64,000 nt of DNA from Myxococcota bacterium. GTDB lineage: Bacteria; Myxococcota_A; Polyangia; Nannocystales; Nannocystaceae. Below are positions 9,827-21,000 of this stretch, piece by piece; positions within the stretch are counted from its first letter, which is position 1, and every line of letters begins with the position of its first letter. The translations under genes were made by a program, and so were the position numbers. The DNA is taken from NCBI GenBank assembly GCA_039028615.1, contig JBCCHT010000054.1, forward strand, positions 20,696-84,695, given 5' to 3'. The notes beneath the pieces were generated by a model. It was not told the DNA's origin. It was given only the letters and a program-made list of their open reading frames with translations, and did not search any database.

Positions 9827-11338
9827 TCACCCCACGTCGACGTAGAGACGGCCGAGGTAGACGCCTTCTGGGCCAAAGAGCGAAACGCGACGGCGTCCGG
9901 CCTCGGGGAAGCGGCAGGTGAGGTTTTCGCGCTCGTCGTCGGTCTCGCACCGCAGGCCGCCGGGGTCGCCTTCTGCGCGCACCACGCCGGACAAACGGAA
10001 GTGGTGCGGGTTCGCGAAGCGCAGCTCGAGCGACTCCCCCGCCCGCACGGAGTGGCGGGCGCGGCGGGGATTGACCAGCTCCAGATCGAGCGCGGCAAAC
10101 TCCGGCTGGAGATGCGGCTGGCGCAAGAAATCGCCCGGCGACAGCGGCTCCGCGAGCAGCTGCCACTTGGGATCGTCGGGCATGTGCGTGGCCACGAACA
10201 CCTCGGGCGGCGTCAGGAAGTAGCCCGCGCCGTAGCTCTTCTTGAAGGTCGTGCCGTCGACGTGGCCCGCGTCCCAGGTGGCATCGAGCAGGTACCACTG
10301 CCCACCCAGCGCCACCGCGTTCCAGGCGTGCCCGCGGCCGGCGAAGTAGCCGTCGCCGTCGCGGGCATCACCGACGACCACCACCATCTCGACCTCGGCG
10401 ACGTCGGCCATCGCCTTGAGCAGCGTGGCGTAGCCAGCGCAGACGGCCGTGCGGCGCTCGAAGACGGTCTCGGCGTCTTGCGGCGGGAAGTGCCCGGCGG
10501 CGAGGGCCGGGGCGTCGTAGGCCACGCGATCGGCCACGTAGTCGTGCAGGGCTTTGACGCGCTGCACCGGGTCGGGCTCTCGATCGGCCAGGTACCGGGC
10601 CACGCTGTCGAAGGAGGTCTCCACCTCGGCGGGCAGCTCGGACACCGCGGGATGCAGCGTGGGCGCGAAGGGCCAGCCCTCGTCGCTGAGCAGATCCGAC
10701 GGCGACACCGCCTTCTCGGTCGTGCGCACGGGCGCCTGACGACGGCTTCGACCCGGCTGCGGGGTCTGGACCGGTGTGTCCGTCTTGGTGAGCGAGGGGT
10801 CGATCAGCTCCTCGTAGGCGTTTTCGTGGGTCGCCTCGTGGAGCCAGCGCATGCGCTCCGCGGTGCTGAACAGCGAGCTGCGGGCCGAGGTCGCCCACGA
10901 CGCGTCGGAGCCCTGCAGCATCCAGTCGCCGCGGGTGCTCAGGGCCTCGTAGACGCTGCCGGGAAAGCCCGCGAGCAAGCCCCCCACGAACACGAGGTTG
11001 ATCGCCAGCGTGCGCAGGACCAGGCGGTCGAACCCGGTGAGCACCCGGGGTCGCGTCTCGCCGCGTCGGCGGCGTCGCCAGCTCGCAAACAGGTCCCATC
11101 CCAAGGGCAGCAGCGGGAAGCACAGCGCGCCCGCGACCAGGCTCGCCCACAGCGGCCCGTCGTGGTGGGCGGCCAACGACGAGGCGATCCACACCCCCGC
11201 AAGCGGCAGGAGCACGGCGGTGCCCGCGAACGCCAGCTTGAGCAGGGCCCCGAGGCCCCACCACGTCCATCCCAACCCGCTGCGTCCACCCGTCGTCATG
11301 CTGCTGCGCGAACTATCGATCGCACCCGATGCTTCCAC
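9827..11338 (-). CDS. Membrane-anchored transglutaminase-like (CYK3-type) protein
   Basis: Three N-terminal TM segments; catalytic triad motifs AVCAGYA, GHAWNAV, LLDATWDAG; YFLTPPEVFVATHMP. Confidence 0.85.
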   Translation of the reverse strand: MEASGAIDSSRSSMTTGGRSGLGWTWWGLGALLKLAFAGTAVLLPLAGVWIASSLAAHHDGPLWASLVAGALCFPLLPLGWDLFASWRRRRRGETRPRVLTGFDRLVLRTLAINLVFVGGLLAGFPGSVYEALSTRGDWMLQGSDASWATSARSSLFSTAERMRWLHEATHENAYEELIDPSLTKTDTPVQTPQPGRSRRQAPVRTTEKAVSPSDLLSDEGWPFAPTLHPAVSELPAEVETSFDSVARYLADREPDPVQRVKALHDYVADRVAYDAPALAAGHFPPQDAETVFERRTAVCAGYATLLKAMADVAEVEMVVVVGDARDGDGYFAGRGHAWNAVALGGQWYLLDATWDAGHVDGTTFKKSYGAGYFLTPPEVFVATHMPDDPKWQLLAEPLSPGDFLRQPHLQPEFAALDLELVNPRRARHSVRAGESLELRFANPHHFRLSGVVRAEGDPGGLRCETDDERENLTCRFPEAGRRRVSLFGPEGVYLGRLYVDVG

Positions 11339-11472
11339 ACACGGGACAATTGAACCACCGTGCTAGAAGGTTGGCTCCATGAGCCGGGCCTCCCGCTGCC
11401 CTCGCCCCCCCATTTGCCAGGGCTCGATTGGCCGGCCTATGTAACCCGCGAGCGAAAGAGCTCCAGCACCCC

Positions 11473-13620
11473 ATGCGCAAGACGATCATCACCCTCGCTG
11501 CCGTTCTGCCTCTCGCCCTCGCTTCGTGCACCAAGCCGAGCGACGGCGGCACGGTCGAGCCGGGAGCGACTCAGGAGAACAACGTGCTCTTGGCCCAATG
11601 GACTGGCCCTCATGGGGGCGTACCCGCGTTCGACAAGATGGACCTCAGCCAGCTCGAGCCCGCGATGGAGGCCGCGATGGCCGAGCACCTCGCGGAGCTC
11701 GACGCGATCGCCAAAAACCCCGAGCCCGCGACCTTCGACAACACCATCGTGGCGATGGAGCGCGCGGGTTCGGCCATGCGGCGCGTGGGGACCTACTTCG
11801 GGATCTGGAGCAGCAACCTCAGCACCCCGGAATTCCGAGAGATCGGCGAGCGCCTCGCACCGCGTCGCTCCGAGTACCAGTCGAAGATCACGCAGAACGC
11901 CGCGCTCTTCGACCGAGTTCGGGCCGTCTACGAGTCCGAGGACACCAAGTCGCGCAGCCCGGCCGAGCAACGGCTCGTTAAGCTCGTGTACGAGCGCTTC
12001 TCCCGGTCGGGCGCGACCCTCGAGGGCGAGGCCAAGGCCCGCTACGCCGAGATCCAGCGCCGCCTCGCCGAGCTGCACACCGCCTTCGGCAACAACGTGC
12101 TCGCCGACGAGGAGGGCTACGTGCTGTACCTCGACGAGACCCAGCTCGCGGGGCTGCCCGACTCGCTCAAGGCCGCGGCCGCGGCTGCGGCCACCGCCCG
12201 GGGCAAAGAGGGCAAGTACGCGATCACCAACACCCGGTCCTCGATGGACCCCTTCTTGACCTACTCGCAAGATCGCGAGCTGCGGGAGAAGGTCTGGACC
12301 ACCTACTACAACCGCGGCGACAACGGGGACGCGCACGACAACAACGCGATCATCGCGGAGATCCTCAAGCTTCGGCACGAGCGGGTGCAGCTGCTCGGCT
12401 ACGACAACTACGCCCAGTGGCGCCTCGAAAACCGCATGGCGCAGACGCCCGAGCGAGCGCTCGACCTCATGCAGTCGGTGTGGCCCGCCGCCGTGGCCCG
12501 GGCCCGCAACGAGATCGACGACATGCAGGCGCTGGCCAACCGCGACAAGGCCGGCATCACCATCGCACCCTGGGACTATCGGCTCTACGCCGACCAGGTT
12601 CGCAAGGAGCGCTACGCCCTCGACTCGGACGAGGTCAAGCAGTACCTCCAGCTCGACAAGCTGCGCGAGGCCATGTTCATGGTCGCGGGCAAGCTCTTCG
12701 GCTTCCAGTTCACCCCCGTGCCCGAGGGCTCCATCCCCGTGTTCCACCCCGACGTGAAGGTCTGGGAGGTCACCGACGAGGACAGCGGCAAGCACATCGG
12801 GCTGTGGTACCTCGATCCCTTCGCTCGGCCCGGCAAGCGCTCGGGCGCGTGGGCCTCGAGCTACCGCGGGCACACCACCTTCGACGGCGAGCAGACCGTG
12901 CTGTCGTCGAACAACTCCAACTTCATCCAGGGTGCGCCCGGCGAGCCCGTGCTGATCTCCTGGGACGACGCCCAGACCTTCTTCCACGAGTTCGGCCACG
13001 CGCTGCACGCCCTGTCCTCCAACGTGGACTACCGCAGCCTCAACGGGGGCGTGCGCGACTACACGGAGTTCCAGTCGCAGCTGCTCGAGCGCTGGCTGTC
13101 GACCCCCGAGGTCATCAACGGCTACCTTGTGCACCACGAGACGGGTGAGCCCATGCCGCCCGAGCTGGTGGCCAAGATCAAGAAGGCCGCCACCTTCAAC
13201 CAGGGCTTCGGCACCACCGAGTACCTGGCCTCGGCGATCATCGACCTGAAGCTGCACACCACCGACCCCAGCGGCATCGACCCCGATCGCTTCGAGCGGG
13301 AGACCCTCGAGGCCATGGGCCTGCCCCCGCAGATCGTCATGCGTCACCGGACCCCGCACTTCGGTCACGTGTTCTCGGGCGAGGGCTACTCCGCGGGCTA
13401 CTACGGCTATATGTGGGCCGACGTGCTCACCTCCGACGCCTCCGAGGCCTTCGCCGAGGCTCCGGGCGGCTTCTACGACGAGGCGCTCGCGGCCAAGCTG
13501 GTCGAGCACCTGTTCGCCCCGCGCAACGCCGTCGACCCGGCCGAGGCCTACCGGGCCTTCCGCGGTCGCGACCCGAAGATCGACGCCCTCATGCGCGACC
13601 GCGGCTTCCCGGTCCCGTGA
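11473..13620 (+). CDS. dcp: M3 family metallopeptidase (peptidyl-dipeptidase Dcp-like), lipoprotein
   Basis: HEFGHALH zinc motif, KRSGAW, YSAGYYGYMWADVL; lipobox LASC. Confidence 0.9.
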   Translation: MRKTIITLAAVLPLALASCTKPSDGGTVEPGATQENNVLLAQWTGPHGGVPAFDKMDLSQLEPAMEAAMAEHLAELDAIAKNPEPATFDNTIVAMERAGSAMRRVGTYFGIWSSNLSTPEFREIGERLAPRRSEYQSKITQNAALFDRVRAVYESEDTKSRSPAEQRLVKLVYERFSRSGATLEGEAKARYAEIQRRLAELHTAFGNNVLADEEGYVLYLDETQLAGLPDSLKAAAAAAATARGKEGKYAITNTRSSMDPFLTYSQDRELREKVWTTYYNRGDNGDAHDNNAIIAEILKLRHERVQLLGYDNYAQWRLENRMAQTPERALDLMQSVWPAAVARARNEIDDMQALANRDKAGITIAPWDYRLYADQVRKERYALDSDEVKQYLQLDKLREAMFMVAGKLFGFQFTPVPEGSIPVFHPDVKVWEVTDEDSGKHIGLWYLDPFARPGKRSGAWASSYRGHTTFDGEQTVLSSNNSNFIQGAPGEPVLISWDDAQTFFHEFGHALHALSSNVDYRSLNGGVRDYTEFQSQLLERWLSTPEVINGYLVHHETGEPMPPELVAKIKKAATFNQGFGTTEYLASAIIDLKLHTTDPSGIDPDRFERETLEAMGLPPQIVMRHRTPHFGHVFSGEGYSAGYYGYMWADVLTSDASEAFAEAPGGFYDEALAAKLVEHLFAPRNAVDPAEAYRAFRGRDPKIDALMRDRGFPVP

Positions 13621-14477
13621 GCTCGACGGTCTACATCGTGGGCGCCACCTCGATCCTGGGGTGGTCGCTCACGCGCGTGGGCCTGCAGGATCATCCGGGG
13701 CAGATCGTCCCCACCTGCAGCGCGCACAATCGGCACCCGCGGACCGAGTCCTGGCTGCGGCTCAACGTCGAAGACCGCGATGCCTGGGCGCCGCTTTTCG
13801 GGGAGCACCCGGTCGACACACTGATCTATGCAGCCGGGGTCTGCGACGTCGACCGCTGCGAAGAGAAGCCGGACTTTGCCTGGTCGATCAACGTGGGCGG
13901 GGTGGAGGCCATGCTGCGGGCGCTGCCCTCGACGACGCGGCTTTTGTATTGCTCCTCGGATCACGTGTTCGGGGGACGGGACGCGCCCTATCTCGAGAGC
14001 GATGCGCCCGCCCCCATCTCGGCCTATGGGCGTACGCGGGCGGAGGCGGAGGCGCGGGTGCTCGAGCACGACTCGCGGCACCTGGTGGTGCGGCTCGGCC
14101 TGACCATCGGGCCCTCGCTGGCGGGGCGCACCGGGCACCTCGATTGGCTGCGCTATCGCCATGAGCACGGGCTGCCGATGACGCTGATCGAGGACGAGTG
14201 GCGCTCGGCGGTGTGGGCCGAGCCGGCGGTGCGGAGGATCTTTGCGCTGGCGCGATCGGAGCGCGCGGGGGTCCAGCATCTCGCGGCGCGAGCCCTGCCA
14301 CGGCCCGAGCTGGCGCGACGGTTGGCGCGGCGGTTGGGAATCGAGCCGGAGTTTCGAGTGCAGCGACGCGCTCAGCAGATCACGCCGCACCTGGGGAAGA
14401 TCGAGCTGGGCTCGATGTTCGACGACCCGCTCGCGGCGCCCCTGCCCGGGCCGGGGCTCGAAGCCGCCGACGGCTGA
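13617..14477 (+). CDS. RmlD-like SDR (dTDP-4-dehydrorhamnose reductase family)
   Basis: GATSILG Rossmann motif, SSDHVFGG, PISAYGRTR (YxxxR in place of YxxxK); GTG overlaps the dcp stop (GTGA). Confidence 0.75.
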   Translation: MSSTVYIVGATSILGWSLTRVGLQDHPGQIVPTCSAHNRHPRTESWLRLNVEDRDAWAPLFGEHPVDTLIYAAGVCDVDRCEEKPDFAWSINVGGVEAMLRALPSTTRLLYCSSDHVFGGRDAPYLESDAPAPISAYGRTRAEAEARVLEHDSRHLVVRLGLTIGPSLAGRTGHLDWLRYRHEHGLPMTLIEDEWRSAVWAEPAVRRIFALARSERAGVQHLAARALPRPELARRLARRLGIEPEFRVQRRAQQITPHLGKIELGSMFDDPLAAPLPGPGLEAADG

Positions 14478-14489
14478 GCGAGCCTTCGT

Positions 14490-14990
14490 CTACAGCTCTT
14501 TGGGCCGCACGACCGTGTGCAGCGTCCAGTCGGGGCGCTGGGTGGCCGCGGCCCAGCTGTCGGCTTCGACCTCGAGCAACGCGGCATTGCAGGTGGTCAT
14601 GCGGACGCGCACCCCGGACAGCTCGGTGATCACGTCCTCCCAGCCCGGGTTGTGGCCGATGACCATGGCCGTGCCCACCTCGGCGGGAAGATCGGTCAAC
14701 TCCTGGCGAACCTCGGGCGGACCGGCGAGATACAGCGACCGGGTGAAGCGCAGCCGCGGCTGGCCGCCGAAGGTCTCGCGCATGCACGTCCAGGTCTGGC
14801 GTGTGCGCTCGGCATCGCTGCACACCACGGCATCGGGCACCCAGCCCAGCTCCACCAGGCGGGCGGCGACCAAGGGGGCGCTACGAAGCCCGCGGGGATT
14901 GAGAGGCCGATCGTGATCGGTAGGCGCATCCGAGAACTGGTCGCTCTTGGCGTGCCGCAGCACGACCAGCCGACGAGGCATCGATCCCAT
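14490..14990 (-). CDS. sixA: SixA-like phosphohistidine phosphatase
   Basis: LRHAKS, DHDRPLNPRG, SDAERTRQT, IGHNPG. Confidence 0.9.
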   Translation of the reverse strand: MGSMPRRLVVLRHAKSDQFSDAPTDHDRPLNPRGLRSAPLVAARLVELGWVPDAVVCSDAERTRQTWTCMRETFGGQPRLRFTRSLYLAGPPEVRQELTDLPAEVGTAMVIGHNPGWEDVITELSGVRVRMTTCNAALLEVEADSWAAATQRPDWTLHTVVRPKEL

Positions 14991-15003
14991 GCCACCAATA
15001 GTG

Positions 15004-18000
15004 CTACGGCGCCGCGATCTCCACCACCTCGAGCTTGCCGAGTGAAATCAGAGCCAATGCATCGAGCACGGACATCTCGAGATGGCCTGATGTCGCGGTC
15101 TTGCGTCCCCACGTGGGATCGATTTCATGCCATGTCACACCGTCGTGAAATCCGACCCACGCGTGGGCGACCATCTCGTCGTCGGAGGCCGCCATGCCGC
15201 TGCGCATCTCGGCCGGAATGTCGAGGGCCCGCAGCAGGGTCACGGTGAGCCCGGCGTACTCGGTGCAATCGCCTCGGCCCGCCTCGAGGATCTCCACCCC
15301 GCTGAGCACCCGCGGCGTGACCTCGTAGGAGATCCGTTCGTGCACCCACTGCGAGACCAGCTCCGCCGCGTCGACGGCCGAGGTGCCCTCGGGGACGATC
15401 GAACGGGCGAGCTCGACGATGCGCGCGTCTTCGCTGCTGTACTCGTCGGTGGCCTTGGTCAGGCGCGCGAGCTCGTCCTTGCCCAGCGGCACGGGGGCAG
15501 CGGAAGCCGCGACGGGCTCGACGGTGAGCCGCACCCGGGTGGGCCCGAGCACCTCGACCGCGGTCCGCGGAGAGTCGACCAGGGTGCCGCGCGCAAAGGC
15601 CTCGGCGTCCGGCACCTCGAAGGTGTAGCGGAGCTTGCCCTCGAGTTCCTCGAAACGAACCCGCCGGGGCAGCGACGCCGCATTGCGGACCTCTTTGGTG
15701 GCGAGCCAGTCGTCGATGACCCGGCTGTGATCACCCGCCTCGCGCAGCCGCACGCCCACGTGGCCCTCGATCACCGCGAGCCCGGTGGCGAGGATCCAGT
15801 CGGCCTCGACCTCCAGCTCGGTGAAGATGTTGAAGATTGGTGCCACCCCGCGCATGACCATCTTCTCCTCGAGCGGCAAGCCGGCCAAGCCCGGGAGGCG
15901 CTCGGCGATGGCCGCCCCGTCGAAGGAGCCGTAGCCGACCCGCAGCTGCTCGCGCGACGCGGCCGGGGGCGGAGGACCATTGGCGGCCTGATCGACGAGC
16001 GTGCAGTCGCCCACGAACAGGAAGTCGGCCCGCTCGCGATAACAAAGGCCTCCGTGACGACGGGCTTCGCTCTTGCCCGGCGGCGTCTTGGCCTTGCGCA
16101 GGGCCTTGCGAAGCGGCGCATCCAGGGGCGTGACCCCGACCCAGCGCCGCCACAGGTGGTCGCCGTCTTCGAGGTACCAGCCGAACGCCACGCCGCGGGC
16201 CTGGGCGAACAAGGGGAGCGGAGGCACCCGAGTCGCGTCGGAGCCCGTGGCCTTCAGAGGGTCGACCTCGATGGCGGTCTCGCTGAAGCGGCCGAGCCCG
16301 TGGGCCACGGTGGTCAGTGCGCCCGGAGGCAGCTGGGACAGCGCGGGGCCGATGTCGTTGACCCCCGTCGCCTCTTCAAGTGCCGCCGCGTACCGGAAGT
16401 GAAGGCCACTCTCGTCGAGGACCACCTCGATGGACGCCCCGCCGGGTGCCAGAGACCAGGCGTCACCGACCGCCACCGCCTGCAGAGCCGCGCCTTCTTT
16501 CCACTTGGCGGTCAGGCGCTGGAACTCGGGTGAATCGGCCAGCGCGGGGCCCGGCACGCGACGCAAGACCCGACGCATGTCGCGATCGGTCGCGAACACC
16601 CACAGACGATCGCCCGTGAACAGGTAGCGCTCGGAGTCGATGCCGATGCGCGAAGTCTTGCCGTCGACGATCGAGTAGACCTCGATGGGCATCCCGTTGC
16701 GCTCGATGGTCCGACGCGTGCGCTCGATGGCGTTGGGGGCCACGACCTCCGCTTCATCGTCGTCCTCGACGCCCAACGAAGCGATGAAGTGACCGGGCTC
16801 GTCATCGTCGTCGTCGCCCTCGTCGCTTTCGTCCTCGTCGTCTTCGTCGGGATAGACCACGAAGTGCAGCACGGCCGGCAACACGCTCATGACCACGGGC
16901 ACGATCCCCGCGGTCGTCGCCAGGGTGAGCGGCAGCGAGACACCGGCATCTTCGTCGTACTTGCGCTGGCCGAGCACGGTGAGCAGCGCGTCGCGATCGG
17001 TGACCCGGGCAGAGCACACCCAGCCCCCGCCTTTGGCCGCACGAGCGCACTCGATGGGCTCGGACACGTCGAGGCCGCCCGTCTGCGACAGCGCGGCGAA
17101 GCCCCCCGCCCGTAGCCCCATCGCGGTCAGGTCGGAGATTCGCTGATCGACCGCCTCGTTTTCCGAGGTCAGGCGACCCGCCACGTCGGCGACCGTGCTG
17201 GCAAACAGGCCCGGCGCGGCGAGGCGAGCGAAGATCCAGTCTTCACCGGGAAGCAGCTCCGCGAGCTCGGCCTCGCGCAGCTCGGCTTCCTCCCGGCGCT
17301 CGAAGCCGTACAGCTCGTTGCGAGACACCCACCGAAGGGCTCGATCGCTCGGCTCGGCGACGTCGACCCCGGCCTGGACCTTCGTCGCTTGGTCGTGGTC
17401 GGCGGCAATCCCTTGCAGCGTCTCGCGGAAGGTCTCGAGGAGCTCGACGTCGTCGTCGTCCTCGACGCGACCGGGCAGGGCCAACAGCAGCGGCTGGTCG
17501 TCGGCATCCATGAACCACGCCAGGGCCACCGCGACCGACCGCATGTCTCGGCGTGCGCGAGCGGTGCTGGGCGACGGGGCCGACTCGAGGTAGCGCCGCA
17601 GCCTCAGCCGGTCGTTGGTCCGACCCCATCCCGCCATGACGCTGGCCGCCTCGGCGACGAGCTCGGACCCCTCGGCCATCGCGACCTCGAGGACCTCATC
17701 GGTGGCCAGCTCGGGGCGCAGCCGCACCCCGGCCCAGGCCAGCCGCCGGTCACGGGCATCCTTGCTGGCGAGCAACCGTGCCGCCAGCGTCCGTCCGTGT
17801 GACAGGGGCAACGCGCCGAGCACCTCGACCAGGCCCCGCGGGGGCTTGTCGGTGTGGATCAAGTAGTCGGGGGCCGCAATGGCGTGCTTGGCGGGGGTGC
17901 TCAGCAGCGTGCGGACGTCGGCATCCGCCCGGCTGGCGTGGGTCTGAACCGCCTGCACCCCAAACTCGTGCGCCCGCGGGTCTTCATCGAGCAATGCGAC

Positions 18001-21000
18001 CAGGGCCAGGCGCCGCGACGCGGCCTCGCGGGGGCCCGTGCACTCGAGCAGGGCGAGCCTCGCGTCGGCGTCGGGCATGCCGAGCCACAGGTCGATGAGC
18101 AGCTCGGCCCGCTGGTGGTCGTGCTTCAGCGCGGCCAGGGTCTCGGGCACGGGGCACACGCCCGGCTCTCGTACCGTGGCTTGCTCGCGGCGGGCCCTCA
18201 GGCGCCAACCGTCGACCAGCTTCGCTCCCGCCGTGCGCAGCGATCGGGCCGCGAACGCCGACCGCACGCCATCGAGCGGCCGGAAGCCATCGCGGAACAT
18301 CGCCAGCACGGGCCGCAGCCGATCGAACTGTGCCGGGGTGGCAGCCATCACCAATGTGAAGACCCGGCCGCCGCTGGGCAGCACCCACGCGACCAAGACC
18401 TCCTCGGGGCTGGTGAACATCGCCTGGGTCGCGGGCAGGCCCACCAGCGTCGTCTCGCGCATCCACTGGAGGGTGCGACCGCTCCCCGCGAGCTGCTCGA
18501 GCAGATCGGCGGCACAGATCTCACCCTGGCATCGGGAGTCGCGGGGGTTGGTGAGCACCAAGACCCGCCCGCCCTCGCCGTCGCGGTAGCGCAGCGGCGA
18601 GATGTCGGACGGCTTCCAGGAGCCGGGCACGAAGATCTCGGCCGCTCGGTCCTCGGCGGTCACCCGCATGGGCGCGAACGCGGCGATCTGAGCCGAGGTG
18701 ACCTGGGCGACGCGTGCGTCGTAGCGCGCCGGGTCTCGGGTCCACGCGGGGATCTCCGTGCGCGCCCCGGTCACGAACTCGGACGCATCGACGTACCGCA
18801 GCAGGTCGTCCCCAGGGTTTGCGGCGTCGGCCGCCTCGAACATCGCCTTGGCCTCATCGAGGCGCTCGGCGTCGGCCAACAGGGGAATCACGGTGGCGGC
18901 CGCGAGCGGATCGGTGGATCCCTCGGCCAGGCCCCCGGCGATGGGCAATGCGCGGTGATTTTCGCCCAGCTCGCGATAGACCTGGATCCGAGCGAGGGCC
19001 ACGAGGCTCGACTCGGGAAACTCTCCGTGCAGACGCTTGGCTGCGGTGGGGTCGTTGGAATCGAACAACGCCGCGACCTGGGCGATGCCCTCGGTGGTGA
19101 TCCGCCCCGCGTGGAGGTCGGCCTCGGCCCAGCGCGCCCGATGGTAGCGCTCGTCGGCTTCGATGAGCTGCGCGCGATTGGATGCGCCCTCCTCCTCGTC
19201 GATCATGGTGCGGGCGGCCTCGGCGTAGTGCCGCGCCATCGTGGGGCGCCCCTCGAGCAGCGCATACCAGCTCCGCCGCTGCTGCCGTACGCGGAGGTTC
19301 TGTGTGGCGTGGGTCTGAAGGCCACGAATGTGAGCCCCACGCCACGTCACCTGCTCGACGGCGTGGAAGCGGCCGGCATCTTCGTTGAGCCCGAATGCAA
19401 AAGCCTGCAACCAGTGATCGGCCGATTCCTCGTGCCGCCCCTGCCGACCCAGCCACACCGCGTAGTTGTGGTGCCACGGCTGGCTCAGGGTGCTGGTGAG
19501 CGCCATCTCGGGCTCGTCGATGAAGCTCGCTCGGTGGGCGCCCGAAGCCACTGCCGCTCGCAACCGCCGGTCGCCCGCGGCTTCGTCGTCGTCGTTGAGC
19601 CCCAGGTAGATCTGATTGACGGCCACGCTGGCCGACGACGGGTGGGACGCAAAGGCCTTCTCGCACGCGTCGTACGCGGGGCCTTCGTCGTCCGCAGCGG
19701 TCAACTCGTTGCACGCGAAGATCTGCAGCAGGGTGCCGGCCGGAGGCTCGGCGATGATCGCAACGACGCGAGCGTCCGCGTCCGGTGCGTCGTTGTCGTT
19801 GGCCCAGCGCCACAGGTCCCAGGCGAGCTGGTCGTCGATCTCCCCCGCTTGCCGCGCCCGCAGCAACAGCACCAGCGAGTCGCCGTCGCTGAGCGGACGA
19901 TAGCGACGCTCGGGATCACGCTGCCGCGCGAGCGCCAGACCGGACAGCGACCGATCGGCCACCAGCGCCGCCCACAGCTGCCGACGAAGCGCCCATCGGT
20001 GCCGCACGCCCGCGGTCTGCTGCAGCTCGAAGGTGGCCACGGCCCACTGCTTGGCCTCTTCGAGGCTCTCCGCTTCGCGGATGTTCTTCTCGCCCCACGC
20101 AACGGCCCGCGACGCGAGGTTGGGAAACTGCCGAAGCATGGATGCACCGACCTGCCAGGCGTCTTGTTCGGTGCCGTTGATCCCACGCAGCGCTTGCTGG
20201 ACCGCGGCAAAGGACGACAGCGTGCCGTCGCGAACGCCACGGCGCAGATCTTCGTGCAGGTAGTCGTAGGGCGGCGCTCGCTCGGCGATGAAGGCCATCG
20301 CGGCCTCGGGCGGCGGTGCACCTTCACGGGCGAACGTGGCCAGCAGCTCCCGGTACAGCGTCGTGTCGTCGGGACTCCAGCGCAGCCCGTGCGTCAGGAA
20401 GCCGCGCTCGACCTCGGGCAGCCCGGCGTCGCGCGCAATCCGGGCCTGAAGCAGGGCCAACGAGGCCCCATGCCGATCGACCGCGAGCAAGCGCTGCTGG
20501 AGCGCCTCGAGCCGAGGATCGCCTGCCAAGTGAGCGGCCAAGGCCGCCTGCGCCAGACCGTCGACCATGACTTCGTCGGGAAGCTCGTCGAGCAGAGGCA
20601 TCAGCCACTCGAGCGCACGTTGGTGCTGCGCCCGACGCCCCGCCGTCATGCCCCAGACGTAGTGCTCCAGACGCGAGACCGGAGGTTCGTCGTCCTCGGT
20701 GTTCTCGGGCGCGTCCGGGTCGTGGGTGAACACAGGCGCATACCACCGGTTGGCCTCGTCGAAGGTCACCGAGCCCGACTCGACGTCGTCGATCACCAGC
20801 CAGGCCCACGTACGCTCGCTCGGCGCCATGAGCTCGCCGCTGGTCTCGAGCAGCGATCGCGCGTCGTCGTAGCGCCCCTGTGCCAACCGGAACCGGAACA
20901 GCGCCGCCAACACCTCGGGCGACGCCTCGGTCACCGTGCCCACGTACTGCTCGAGCACGGGGCCGATGGCGTGGTAGTCCGCCGTCGTCAGCTGGTCGAT

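Noticed and set aside
13900..14400. Moderate G-rich skew in the RmlD-like gene (27 G/17 C at 14221-14280)
   Set aside because: Much weaker than the array zones and no element nearby. It could mark a lost copy, or it could weaken the element-skew link; undecidable here.
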